DNA of 64,000 nt from Camelus dromedarius (Eukaryota). This document shows positions 1 to 11,150 of the stretch, in pieces (within the stretch, counting starts at the first letter, position 1; every line of letters begins with the position of its first letter). A program made the position numbers and the translations under genes. The stretch covers positions 13,456,001 to 13,520,000 of the forward strand of contig NC_087437.1 in assembly GCF_036321535.1 (NCBI RefSeq), given 5' to 3'. Under the pieces are notes generated by a model. The model was not told the origin of the DNA. It was given only the letters and a program-made list of their open reading frames with translations, and ran no database searches.

Positions 1-92
1 TTTTTCAGGGGGTGGGTGCACTGGCTGATGGCCTGACGGCAGACAATAGTCTTTGTTTACTAAAATGGCAGGCAACAATTTTTTTGTCTACA
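1..92 (-). mobile_element. 5' start of an ERV1-type LTR (continues off the window edge); same family as the LTR pieces at 52621 and 53887
   Basis: Reverse complement reads TGTAGACAAAAAAATTGTTGCCTGCCATTTTAGTAAACAAAG...GCCATCAGCCA. This aligns by eye to TGTGGACAGAACAATGTTGCCTGCCATTTCAGTAAGCAAAGG...GCCATTAGCCA at 52621, which follows a polypurine tract. Confidence 0.7.
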
Positions 93-937
93 TTAGTTTT
101 TCCAGTGGGTTCATGGGTGGGAAGAAGGTTTAAAACCTGTCTGGAGATCTTCAGGTATTAGATGATGTAGGGAAGGTGCAATGAGTTCAAAAGAGGTTGT
201 TGGTTTTTTGAAGTTTTTTCCCCAATAAATTAAAGGTTTACTTAGAAATTTACTTTGTGAAATAAGTTTCAAAAGAGGAAAAGGAGTGCCTGAACTGACA
301 CATTGGAACAAATCGATTTCATGTCATTCTGATAAAAGTTTTGTTTCTAAATGGCCTTCAAGAGATCCTTAGGGGAAAAGGGAGTTTCCTCTCCCGTTAT
401 TGACTTTCCCAAACTTTGTAGGAAGTTGTCAACAGAAGGCTGGTTCGGCATTTGAAACTCAGCACTTGTATTTACAGATTCTCCATATCAAAAAGTGGCT
501 GGTAGAGGAGCTATGTAATTAATGGGTGTTGAATGGGATCTGTTCTGCTGAGCATCTGGGATCCACGTTCTGTCTTTCAACTGACCTGCTGTGTGCCTGT
601 CAGCGCCCCCATTCACTGAGATCTCTGCAGTACTGAAGCAGGACTAGTGATGTCCATCATGTGACTCTTACAAGGCTGTTCAGGGGTAACTAAATGAAAG
701 TACATCCATAGCCTTGCCCCACAAGCATCTAATCACAGTTCAAAAATGTAAGGCAATTGTATAATTTTAGAGCTTTTGGCTTAGAAAAAGAGGCTTCAGC
801 CTCTCTCCCGGCCTCCCCACATCCTGCTAGTCTTTCTTTGCAGCACTCAGCTATCCCCTCAGTGTAAAATCCATCATGGTCCTTGTTCCTTATCTTAGTG
901 AAGTCAGCTGAGAAAGAGAAAAAAAGGAAAAAATTAC

Positions 938-1621
938 TGAGACAGGAGGGAAGGAGGCAGGGCAGAACCATTTAAAAGAATGACACAGCAGTTAGCACCA
1001 CGATGGTGGAAGATTCAGCTCCCAGTAGACCTTGAGCTTCAGTACACCCTCACTGTAATGCAGTAGCTGCTGAATGACCCTTCCACAGGCGCCAGGACAG
1101 TTTCCAGGCTGACCATGAAAGGTCAAAGGGTGAGTGATGGCCCAGTTCCTGGGAACCCCAGCCTCTTCCCCAGAGTAGTTGGAATAACCCTCCCACTTGT
1201 TAGCATATGAAGCTACCCAGCCCATAAAAGCTCACAACTCCACATCCAGGGGCTGGAGTGCTCTCTCTCTCTGCCTTCCTCTTCCCTTTTGAGAAGGCCC
1301 ACATTCCACCTGTGGACTGTGTATCTCCTAGGTCTTTCTCTTGCCTTTTGAGATGGCCTGCACTCTGTCTATGGAGTGTGTTAATCTACTTTTGCTTTAA
1401 CCACCCCCGTGCCTCGTGGACTCTCTGGCCTCTGAGACGACCTACACTGTGACTATGGAGCATGCATCTCTCTGAATAAATCTACCTTCCCGCTACTCTG
1501 GCCCACTCTTGAATTTTCTCCTGGGCAAAGCCAAGGACCTTCACTTGATGGGGCCCGCCCCAGGGACTCATCTGGGACCTGGGACATGGCCGTCCTCTCA
1601 TGCCCCATTTTTCCTGTATCA
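938..1621 (+). mobile_element. MER41-like ERV1 solo LTR (copy 1)
   Basis: TG...CA termini, CCCATAAAA TATA-like box and internal AATAAA. Carries blocks recalled from MER41 (GCGCCA-GACAGTTT, CTTGTTAGCATAT, CTCTGTCTATGGAG, TTTCCTGTA-CA end). Colinear with 3796-4386. Confidence 0.8.
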
Positions 1622-1694
1622 TCATGATGGATAGTTTATCTGTAAAGGGGGATGTGGTGCCATATTTGACCACACCGACTCTGGAAGCCAAAGG

Positions 1695-1850
1695 ACGTGA
1701 GCTCAGATCTTGCCTCTTATCTCTAAGCAGCTAGGACAGTAGGCAGGTTATGTAACCTCCTTATGCCTCAATTTGCTCATCTGTACAAAGGTCGCAATTG
1801 GTACCTCTCAGGGTTGTAGTGAGGATTGTATAAGGTGATACATGTGTATC
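1695..1850 (+). mobile_element. MIR SINE fragment
   Basis: MIR core GGCAGGTTATGTAACCTCCTTATGCCTCAATTTGCTCATCTGTACAAAG...GGGTTGTAGTGAGGATT. Confidence 0.7.
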
Positions 1851-3434
1851 CAGGATAAAATGCAGCTGCTTTTTTGCACCCACCAGTCCTTTAATCCCTG
1901 TTCTGTGCAGGTGATCACCCTCTAGACCCTGAATGAAAACATCCGTCAGCCCCAGAACTTGTGCTTAGTCTTAGGTTGTCCTACTATTACTTTAAGTCAC
2001 CAACTCAATTAATTTAAGCCAAAGTAAAAAGTAAATGTGATCATTTAAATATCTAGTCCAAGAAAGCAATCATTACTCTGAATTTCGTTACATAGTCAGT
2101 TATTTTCCTCCCTTCCTTGTTTCATGCTCAAAGGGAAAGGGAAGGGAGGGGGTGTGGTAGGCAGCTTGGTTTTTTTCTCCTCGCCCCTCCTTCTCCCTAT
2201 GGGCAACATGAGGTTGTTAAAATGGGTAAGACCCCGACCAACACGCTGAAAGCTCATGGTCTAGTAGTTAAGAGAAACAGTAGTTAAGATAAACAACTTT
2301 GAGTTGAAGATAGTAAATAACGTAGCAGAGGCTAGGATACCAGAGAAGGGAGAGTTTGGAGATTTCGGGAGCTCCCTGACCCACGGAATTCTGGATGTGC
2401 AAGCGGAACATACTCCTTTTAAATATAAGCGTTCCCAATTCTTCCTGTGTCTGTCTTACCAGCTCATATTCTTAGCTAAGTGAGCATAGCTGCTGTTATT
2501 AATGGACCAGCTAGATGACTCATGGGCCCAGATCTTCATAGTCAGAATTGAAACCAACAGGAAAGCTATTCCAAGCTGTGGAGGTCTTCAGTTGGGATGG
2601 TTTCTGATAAATCTCATATGTGTGGGATGAAGTGGCATTCACCAATATCTTTCTAACCATTGATCTACGTTCATTGAGCTCAGCTTTGTGTGTCCATGTA
2701 AGGAAGTGTGGGAGGAGATGAGATGGGAGAAGGAAGATTGTTATGAGCAGCAACAGGGAGTCAGTAAAGCTTTTTGACCAGTGAGATGACAGGGTCAGTT
2801 ACTTTAATTAGACATTCGGAGAATGGAAGCAGAGAGAGACTGTGCACAGAAAGCCCAGGAATGAGGCTTTTGCTTTCTTTCAGAACAAGATGTTGGAGGT
2901 TTGAGTGGCAAAGAGGCAGTGGGAATGCAAAGGAAGGGAGAAGGACAAGGGAGAATGAAAACGAAAACTTTTCAGGAAATCAGGAGGGAAGAGCAGGTGG
3001 TTTGTGGTAGAGGAGGAAGGTGGCTGGCTGGGGCTGGAGGGTGAAAACGACCTTGCTTTTAGGTATGCCCGGTTTGAAGCCCTGGTGGAATCTTGGTGAT
3101 CAGAGGTTGTGCATGAAAATGTAGAAGTAAAATCCGTGGCAGGTCTCAGTGCTAAAGATGTGAATTAAGGAGTTGTACTGACAAGCATGATCTCAAAGAG
3201 CACCAGTAGAGAAAATTACCGCTACAGTTCATTCACTTGAATTATTCAAGTCCCAGTACTTTTCCCCTAATTTTTTGGTCAGGAATTATACAGATTGATG
3301 GCTTATGCAACCCACACTTAGTTTATAGGAAACCTGAGCAAGTAGAGCAATCAGTATATCATTTCTGTAATCGGCTGTAAAGCTAATTTTGTAAATATTG
3401 CATTGAAGAGATCATGTACTCAAACTTTAGTCTT

Positions 3435-3795
3435 TGTGGAAATAAATGAGAACTACCCAAATAAGAACAGGCAAAGGCTATTTATTCAAAGCTTTCTATA
3501 GCAAGGGAGTTAGCCACCATCCCTTGCCTTTGGCAAAAATTCAAATGCAGGCAGGGGTGTGTAAAAGCTTTAAAAAGTGGAAAAAAAGAAAGGCTTCAAA
3601 TATGCCTTGACTGGAGGCCCTTGGCGTGGGGAAGCTGGAGGCAGGCTCACGGGAACCCTGGCTTCCTACGTGATGGGTATAGCAGCAGATTCGGTTTTCT
3701 CAGGTTGGTCCTAAATTGGAACAAAGATCAGGAAAGCTGGCAGTTATCGATCAAAACCTGGATAGTTTGGGCCTGCAAACTACACCTTGTAGTTT
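3435..3795 (-). mobile_element. LTR fragment, family not assigned, abutting MER41-like copy 2
   Basis: TG terminus with a minus-strand AATAAA (TTTATT near 3481) close to it; composition resembles mammalian LTRs. Confidence 0.4.
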
Positions 3796-4386
3796 TGAGA
3801 TGGGGGGAAAGGGGCAGGGCACAGACATTAAAAGAATGACACAACAATTAGGACCAAGATGGTAGGAGGTTCAGCTCCCAGTAGACCTTGAGCTTCAATA
3901 TACCCACATGGAAATACAGTAGCTGCTAAGGGTCCTCCCACAGGCGCCAGGACAGTTTCAAGGCTGACCATGAAAGGTCAGAGGGTGAGTGATGGCCCAG
4001 GTCCTGGGAATCCAGGCCCCCTCCCCAAAGTAGTTGCAATAATCTTCCCACTTGTTAGCATATGAAGTTACCCAGCCCATAAAAACTCAAAACCCCACAC
4101 CTCATGGCCGCTCTCCTGCACTCTGTCTATGGAGTGTGTATCTACTTTTACTTTAAACTGAGCACCCAACCCCCACATCTCTTGGCCTTTCTCTTGCCTT
4201 TGAAACAGTCTCTACTCTGTCTACGGAGTATGCATCTCTCTGAATAAATCTACCTTTACTCAACTGTGGCTCGCTCTTGACTTCTTTCCTGCATGAAGCC
4301 AAGGACCCACACTTGGTGGGGTGCCTCCCAGGGACCCAACTGACCCCTGGGACATGGTCATCCTCTCCCCACATTTTCTTATGTCA
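3796..4386 (+). mobile_element. MER41-like ERV1 solo LTR (copy 2)
   Basis: TGAGA...TGTCA termini. Long near-identical blocks shared with 938-1621, e.g. TTCAGCTCCCAGTAGACCTTGAGCTTCA, AGGCTGACCATGAAAGGTCA, ATGCATCTCTCTGAATAAATCTACCTT. Confidence 0.8.
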
Positions 4387-6439
4387 GCCTTACTCTATAA
4401 TCCCTTTTTAACTCTTTTTTCAAGCTGCTTTTGGGGTCATCTTTGGAGATCTTTACCTCAATACGTCAATCTAACTCATCTCAAATTTTAAATTTTTAAT
4501 AGATAATTCTAAATTTCTCCTTCAGAAAAAAGTGTCCCATCTACCCTCTCACCCAGGGTTTGAGAGTGCTGTGTGCTTCACCCTTTCATTGACACTGGAC
4601 ATTCTTCCTAATTTTAACCAAGATGAGAGGTACTTTAACTTGTGTAGCACAAGTGTATTAGAGACCTTGTGTATTAGAGAAACCATCCCTTTATTTTATC
4701 ATCGGCCCTTTCATTTTGTAAGTTTGCCGTACGGAAGTCTTCATTTTAAGTACTTAAATTTATGTTTTGTCTTATTGATTTGAATTTTATGTCCTGAATT
4801 GAAAGCCTTTCCTGTTTTGCTATTTTTTGTGTGTTTTAATCAAATCCTTCTGTTTGGTAGCAGCGTTGCACAGGGTGTAATTGGAGGGTTGGTGTGGCTG
4901 GTGTTTCTCTCTGAATTGGAGCGTTCAGTTATCTCAGAAGAGTTCATGAAGCCCTGAGTGTCCCTTCGTATCCCCTAATGATGATAAGAAAGAAACAGGA
5001 AGGCGAGATAGAGTTTTTAAATCAGCCACTGAAAGAACTGTCTTCTCAGGCAGGCTGCGAAGTGCATTTTTGCTTTTCTTCTGGAAATAGTGTTTGATGT
5101 TTGCCACCTAATCTCAGCATTACTTGGTGTAGCTCAGAAACTTGTGTGAAAGGAAAATGTGAGCAAGGCATGAGTACAGGGGAAAACTGATCCTCTTTGG
5201 GGCACAGCTCAGGCCAGAACAGCCTATCTGGAAACACTGTAGCTTCCTGATTGCCCCAGACACATTTGAAGGGAATGAGTCTCATGGGTTGAGAATTGCA
5301 GACGGGGAGTTAGCAGGTAGGAACGATGCTGTTTAATTTGGTCTGTCCCTTCGGTGGGTCTTATTCCTTATCAGGAGGACAGAGTGACTGCCGCTGCCGT
5401 CACTGCCATCACCAGTGGGACCCCAAGCCTTTGTGTTCTACACACTCATCCTGACGTTAGTAAGGAGGCTTTTTTTTTTTTCCCTAACAAGATGGCTTAT
5501 TTGCTACTTTGAATTTGTGGGTAGACGTGACTGGGAACAGAGCAGAAAATGGTTTAAGTTTACGGTCTCCTCTTTAGCTCTGTACCCTGAAGGATGATAA
5601 CTGATGTCAGAAGAATGCTCATTTTTTTGCCTCTGAGGCACATCTCCCCCTGGCTTGCTTTTCTGGGAGCCACTGTTTACCTATCCAGTAGTTTAAGGCG
5701 TTGCCAAGCTGATAAACCCTTCGGAAAATAGTAACTCAGCACAACAGGGTGGAGAGGCAGCTCTCCTCCCCTCCCTGCTGAAGGTAACCATGGCCTGATG
5801 TCTTTGGACATCCCAGGGCTCATTTCTCTACATCCTGCATCTCTTGTCACGTTGTCCTGGACTGCGTGGAGGCTCCAGAGTTTGAGTCATAGCAGCCCAG
5901 CAATCTAGCCATTCCCAGGAGATTTTGTTCCCCTTTTATCAATCTCAGAGAGAAAATGAAATAGTTCATTTGAATCCAACATCTTTGAACACAAGGACTA
6001 CTCAGTGTTTGTGCTCCCAATGGGCATTCCATCCAGTGTATAAACGGACCGTTTGGGGCATGAAGGATTTCCTCTCCAGAAGAACTACACTCTGATGTTG
6101 AAAACTCAACGTGTGTCCTAAGCACTTCTTATCTGTGACCATGACCTTTGGACTGATCATTCTGGACAAACAATGATTAAGTCTAGAGATGTGTACTGAG
6201 AAGACGTTCTATTCTTCCTTCTATGAACTAGGAGTCTGCACTCATGATTTTCTCAAAGGTCACCATTTTGATATGTAAAATCAAGATGCATTTGATGAAT
6301 CAATGTTTATGTTCAACATAATAAAAATAATTACCATAGAGAAGGAAAAGCGTAGCTAGATTCTTCAATACTTCATTGGTTCTAGTCCTTACTACATGTC
6401 AAGCACTAGGGTAGGAGTTGGGAATGTATCTGACAAAGT

Positions 6440-6660
6440 CATAGCAGCCATCGCTAACACGTATCGGGTGCTTATGACCTGTTAGGCATTGTGCTAAAGA
6501 CTCGACATGCATCTTCATGTAATTCTCAAGTCAGCATTGTCCCCGGTGCTTTTGTCATCACTGTATGAAGATGAGGGGGTGTAAGGCTGCCCAGGAGCAC
6601 ACTGCTAATGGGGATTAAAGCTGAGATAAAACCCAGTGTACTTTCCACTTCTTAATTGTT
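6440..6660 (-). mobile_element. MIR SINE fragment
   Basis: GCTAACACGTATCGGGTGCTTA...GGCATTGTGCTAAAG...GATGAGG...GCCCAGG pattern of an antisense MIR. Confidence 0.55.
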
Positions 6661-7589
6661 TGCTATTGTTTCTGCATGAGGCAGAAGCAACTCCCTGCCC
6701 TCACAGAGCTCATCGTCTAACTTAGAGAACACTTTTCTTCAGGTAGACTCAGAATCCACCTCTGGAGAAGTGGAGTGTCCTCCCGAGAAGGCTTTCCACC
6801 TCCCAGCAGGATTCAGGCAGCTGGCACAGACTCAGCCAGTGGAAGTTGCTTGAGGACATGGACTTCCTTTATTTTCTCTAATCCATTTATTTCTCCCATC
6901 TCCTATGTCCTTCTTATGTCCTCCTCTGAAGCAACCTTTTCCTTGTTCCTCTGCCACCCTTCTTCTTCTCTGAGAGTCCTCCCCTCCATGCCTGTTTATT
7001 TTTTTCTCTCCCATCTGGACGATGTCTACAGTCCCCAAATGCCATCAATGAAGTTTTGAAGGAAAACATGAAAGGGAGGTAAACGTTCACTGCCGATGGA
7101 ATGAGCTGTTGATGGATGGCTTAGTAAGCCTAGGGTCCTTCTGTAGCATCTCTGGCATTTGAGAGACTCGAGGTTCCAAAAGCACATCCACTTCATTCTG
7201 CTGTTGCTAATCTTATTTTTTTTTTCCATGATCAACAACCTGTTCATTATGTTTTCAGCTCACATTAATCTTTTCTGTGAGTTTGGTAACGCTTGGAGTC
7301 ATTTTTCCTCTGTATTTGCCCATCTGGGATCTTTAGAAAAGAAAAGTTCGCCAAGAGTGAGTCTGTTGCTCACTGCTGCAAGAGGATAATGTTCTCCTTG
7401 TTTCTCAGATCCTGAGAGAGAATCCTCTGAAGTCAGGCATGGATTCCCTCCACAGTGCAGAGAGCCCCCTCACTGGGCTCCATGGGGTCCTCAGTTTGGG
7501 ACTGATCTGCCACACAGCAGCAGCAGAAGTCACAGCAGTGCCTGGACCCTGATTGTCCTAATGGAGCAGATGAAATTGGAAAGGAGCTG

Positions 7590-7740
7590 TCCGGTAGTGC
7601 AAAGAGTTATGGCATTAATGAGTCAGAGCAAAGTCTTTGGCTTGGTTCCTGCCTCTGCCGCCTACAGGCTGCTTGACCTTGGGCAAGTCACTTAATCCCT
7701 CCAAGATCCACTCACCTAGTCAGTGAGGATGCCTGTCCTT
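7590..7740 (+). mobile_element. MIR SINE fragment
   Basis: CTCTGCCGCCTACAGGCTGCTTGACCTTGGGCAAGTCACTTAA MIR core. Confidence 0.7.
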
Positions 7741-8660
7741 TTTGTATGAGAGAGTAGTTTTGAATGTTAACTTATATTCACATCTCTATTTTGGGGTAAG
7801 TTTATAACCTTGCTCATGTCACTAATTTTTTGCAATTTCTGAGGCTGTTTCCGACACTAATAATATGTATATGATTGGAAAGAAAAAAGAGGATATTGAG
7901 GAAGTCTTAGAGGCTAGTATTTCTAAATTCTCTATTATATTTTTTAAAAAATGGCTTGGAGCTGCATGTCCTACTTGAAGACCTATTGGGGACGTGATGC
8001 ATTGTTTAGAAAATGGAGAGAATCCTTTGGACATTCAGTTAAGGACATCCTTCCAGGTACAATGTAATCTCAAGACGTCACAAGGGAGGCAGCTCTTTTG
8101 GAGATTCCAGGCTATAGGTCCCAAGAACATTTTGTTGTGGAGGTTGGAATGCGCTCATTTATTCTGCAATTCAAGTAAGATATTTCTTTAGAGAAGGTAC
8201 TCCAAACTGAACATCCATTCAAAAGCTATGAAAGATATTGTTATCCATGGTCCATTACCTGTGAAGCATCAGTATTATTTCTCATTGCTGCCCAAGTGCA
8301 GGGCTCACTTGCATTGACGGGCCTGTTATTGTAGGAAGAAGGAAAGAAGGGTAGTTACATTGTATTATTGTAGAATTTAGATAAAGGGTTCAGAATGTGG
8401 TGACAGCCAGTAGAGACAAGAGAAATCTAGACTATTTGCTCTAATTCTGCCCAACTAAAAACAAGGCGGCATAATTTGGAAATGCTGTCATTTATTGACA
8501 CTCTTCCAACATCTGGGATTTGAGCAGGAGACTCCCATTGCACAGGTAACTCCCAGTGGTATGGGTGGAAATTACCTGCATAACCAACTCTCCTGCCCAC
8601 ACACAAGGCCAGATACCTGAGAGCATTTTTAATTGCACTGTGCCTCCCTTTGCAAAAGAG

Positions 8661-8689
8661 CTGATTGCATCTGCTTCCCTTTCCTTTAG
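8661..8689 (+). promoter_or_regulatory. LRRC3B: Branch point, polypyrimidine tract and 3' splice acceptor of the LRRC3B coding exon (exon starts at 8690)
   Basis: CTGAT branch-like motif at 8661-8665, then CTGCTTCCCTTTCCTTTAG|G. The downstream sequence matches my recollection of the LRRC3B 5' UTR; LRRC3B has a non-coding first exon far upstream. Confidence 0.8.
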
Positions 8690-8853
8690 GTACCCAAGCG
8701 AGGACAGGAATAATGAAGAGATGCGTGTGTTAGTTGCAGCCCTGTGAACTACGCGAGAAGGAAGTCAACAGTGTGGACAGAGCTGGGGCCGTCACCACGC
8801 TTGCCTGTTGGAATAAATGAGGAATGGGCTTGTGATTATGCTGACATTCCAGC

Positions 8854-9633
8854 ATGAATCTGGTAGACCTGTGGTTAACCCGTTCCCTCTCCATGTGTCT
8901 CCTCCTACAAAGTTTTGTTCTTATGATACTGTGCTTCCATTCCGCCAGCATGTGTCCCAAGGGCTGTCTTTGTTCTTCCTCTGGGGGTTTAAATGTCACC
9001 TGTAGCAATGCAAATCTCAAGGAAATACCTAGAGATCTTCCTCCTGAAACAGTCTTACTGTACCTGGACTCCAATCAGATCACATCTATCCCCAATGAGA
9101 TTTTTAAGGACCTCCATCAGCTAAGGGTTCTCAACCTGTCCAAAAACGGCATTGAGTTTATTGACGAGCACGCCTTCAAAGGAGTCGCCGAAACTCTGCA
9201 GACTCTGGACTTGTCTGACAACCGGATTCAAAGCGTGCACAAAAATGCCTTCAATAACTTGAAGGCCAGGGCCAGAATCGCTAACAACCCCTGGCACTGT
9301 GACTGTACCCTGCAGCAAGTTCTGAGGAGCATGGCGTCCAATCACGAGACCGCCCACAATGTGATCTGCAAGACTTCCGTGCTGGACGAACACGCCGGCA
9401 GACCGTTCCTCAATGCTGCCAATGATGCTGACCTCTGTAACCTCCCTAAAAAAACGACTGATTATGCCATGCTGGTCACCATGTTTGGCTGGTTCACCAT
9501 GGTGATCTCCTACGTGGTATATTACGTGAGGCAAAACCAGGAGGATGCACGAAGACACCTTGAATACTTGAAATCCCTGCCAAGCAGGCAAAAGAAGGCA
9601 GATGAACCCGATGACATTAGCACCGTGGTGTAG
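8854..9633 (+). CDS. LRRC3B: Leucine-rich repeat-containing protein 3B, 259 aa, intronless CDS: signal peptide, LRRNT (CPKGCLC), LRRs, LRRCT (NPWHCDC), TM helix (YAMLVTMFGWFTMVISYVVYYV), C-terminal class I PDZ-binding-like motif STVV
   Basis: Intact ORF with A at -3. The translation MNLVDLWLTRSLSMCLLLQSFVLMILCFHSASMCPKGC...DEPDDISTVV is recognisable as mammalian LRRC3B over its full length. Confidence 0.98.
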   Translation: MNLVDLWLTRSLSMCLLLQSFVLMILCFHSASMCPKGCLCSSSGGLNVTCSNANLKEIPRDLPPETVLLYLDSNQITSIPNEIFKDLHQLRVLNLSKNGIEFIDEHAFKGVAETLQTLDLSDNRIQSVHKNAFNNLKARARIANNPWHCDCTLQQVLRSMASNHETAHNVICKTSVLDEHAGRPFLNAANDADLCNLPKKTTDYAMLVTMFGWFTMVISYVVYYVRQNQEDARRHLEYLKSLPSRQKKADEPDDISTVV

Positions 9634-9925
9634 TGTCCACACCGACTGGCACTGACCAAGAAATCCCTTTGCAACTGCAGTAGAATAAGTGGTTTAATTC
9701 TCTCATCCATTGTAAACATTTAAAACTTTGTATCTCGGTTTCTTTTGAATTATGCCACTGTTGAACTTTTAACAAACATGACAACCTAACAAGTCATTTT
9801 AGTTTAGGTGACCCACCCCTTAATTGTACCCCTGGTGGTATATTCCTGAGTAAGCTACTCTCTCAACGTTAGTTAGATCCATCTCACTATTTAATAATGA
9901 AATTTATTTTTTTAATTTGAAACCA

Positions 9926-9931
9926 AATAAA
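9926..9931 (+). terminator. LRRC3B: Poly(A) signal AATAAA of LRRC3B (3' UTR about 300 nt)
   Basis: First canonical AATAAA I found after the stop codon, preceded by a U-rich tract (AATTTATTTTTTTAATTT). Confidence 0.75.
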
Positions 9932-10949
9932 AGCTTAACTTTGAACCATGGAAAACAGAGTGACTTATTGGTCAAGAGAACAGTACGGTCATTCCATTGC
10001 TTTACAGAGGAACAGATGACCCTTGTGAACCTAGCAGCTATCACAATGAAAGATGTTATTAAGCTCTGCTGTACACTGGGGAGCCGTGGCTGAATTACCA
10101 GCCAAGTTAAATATCTGTCAGACTTCAGAATACTAAGCCTTAGCAAACGCAGGTGATACACATGGTGTGGCATCCCACAGAGGCTGAGGCTGGGCTGCCT
10201 CTAGGTGTTTGCCATCCAGAAGTCAGTGTGTTCAGCTAAACACGCCACTTCTACTCTATATTAGACACATGGAAAAGAAAAAGACAGCCCATATTCTGTC
10301 CTCAAGATCACCTGCCGGTGGACAGAGATGTGTGACAAATGTAGATGTTGCTATGCCAAAAAGCAGGTCCCAGTAATCACGCGGCATCAACTGTGTGCAA
10401 GCCCTTTGGGTACCATTACTGTGTCTCCAAATGCTCCCTCCCAGCGGAGAACGCGACAGACACCTCACCTGCAGAGGAGGAAGCTGTGCATGAAGGTCTA
10501 GGTAGAAAGCATCAGAACGCAAATCTGAACCAAGGCTTCCGGTCTCCAAAGACGGATGTCTTCTCATTGCATTCTTACTGGGTTGGTTTATAGAGGTACA
10601 ATTTACGTATTAAAAATCCCCGCATGTTAAGTTACAGCTCTATACATTTGACAAGTGCCTGCACCTGTGTATAAAGATAGTGTGTCCCTGATACTGTTCA
10701 GAGATAGGAGAAGGCTCACGTGGTTCTTGGAGTGGGCAGTTGTGTTTCTCTGGTTTTCAGCTGCAATTACCAGGAATCTCTGAAACTTGGGTGGGATCTC
10801 ATCAGATGGTGATGTAGGTAAGGAAGGTGGAGGAGACAGAGGGAACAAAGGGACAAAAGTATACGGAGGTGTGTAGGATAAAGGGGAAGCGAGAGACGAG
10901 GCTGGAGCCACATCATAGGGACCTGGACTCCAGACTCAGGAATAAAAGT

Positions 10950-11150
10950 AACTAATAACGTTTATGGAACACTTACTGTAGACCACGTGCTTCCTTTGGG
11001 TTGTCTTAATTAACCCTCCAGCTACCCCTATGAGATAGTCTTTGGTGAATGAGGAATCAGACACAGGAGTTTAAGCAACTAATTCAGGAGTTAACAAGAA
11101 GTATAGCAGATGCCGAAACCCAGTGAGTCACTCTGGACCTCTTGGCCGCC
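10950..11150 (-). mobile_element. MIR SINE fragment
   Basis: TAACGTTTATGGAACACTTACT...CCCTATGAGATAG...GATGAGGAA pattern. Confidence 0.6.

Noticed and set aside
938..4386. The two MER41-like LTRs as 5' and 3' LTRs of one provirus
   Set aside because: No PBS after copy 1 and no PPT before copy 2. The interval contains an ancient MIR and another LTR fragment, the copies differ in internal repeat structure, and the outer flanks share no TSD.
9121..9642. 173-aa minus-strand ORF (also 8730-9074)
   Set aside because: Antisense shadow of the LRRC3B CDS, with no recognisable domain.
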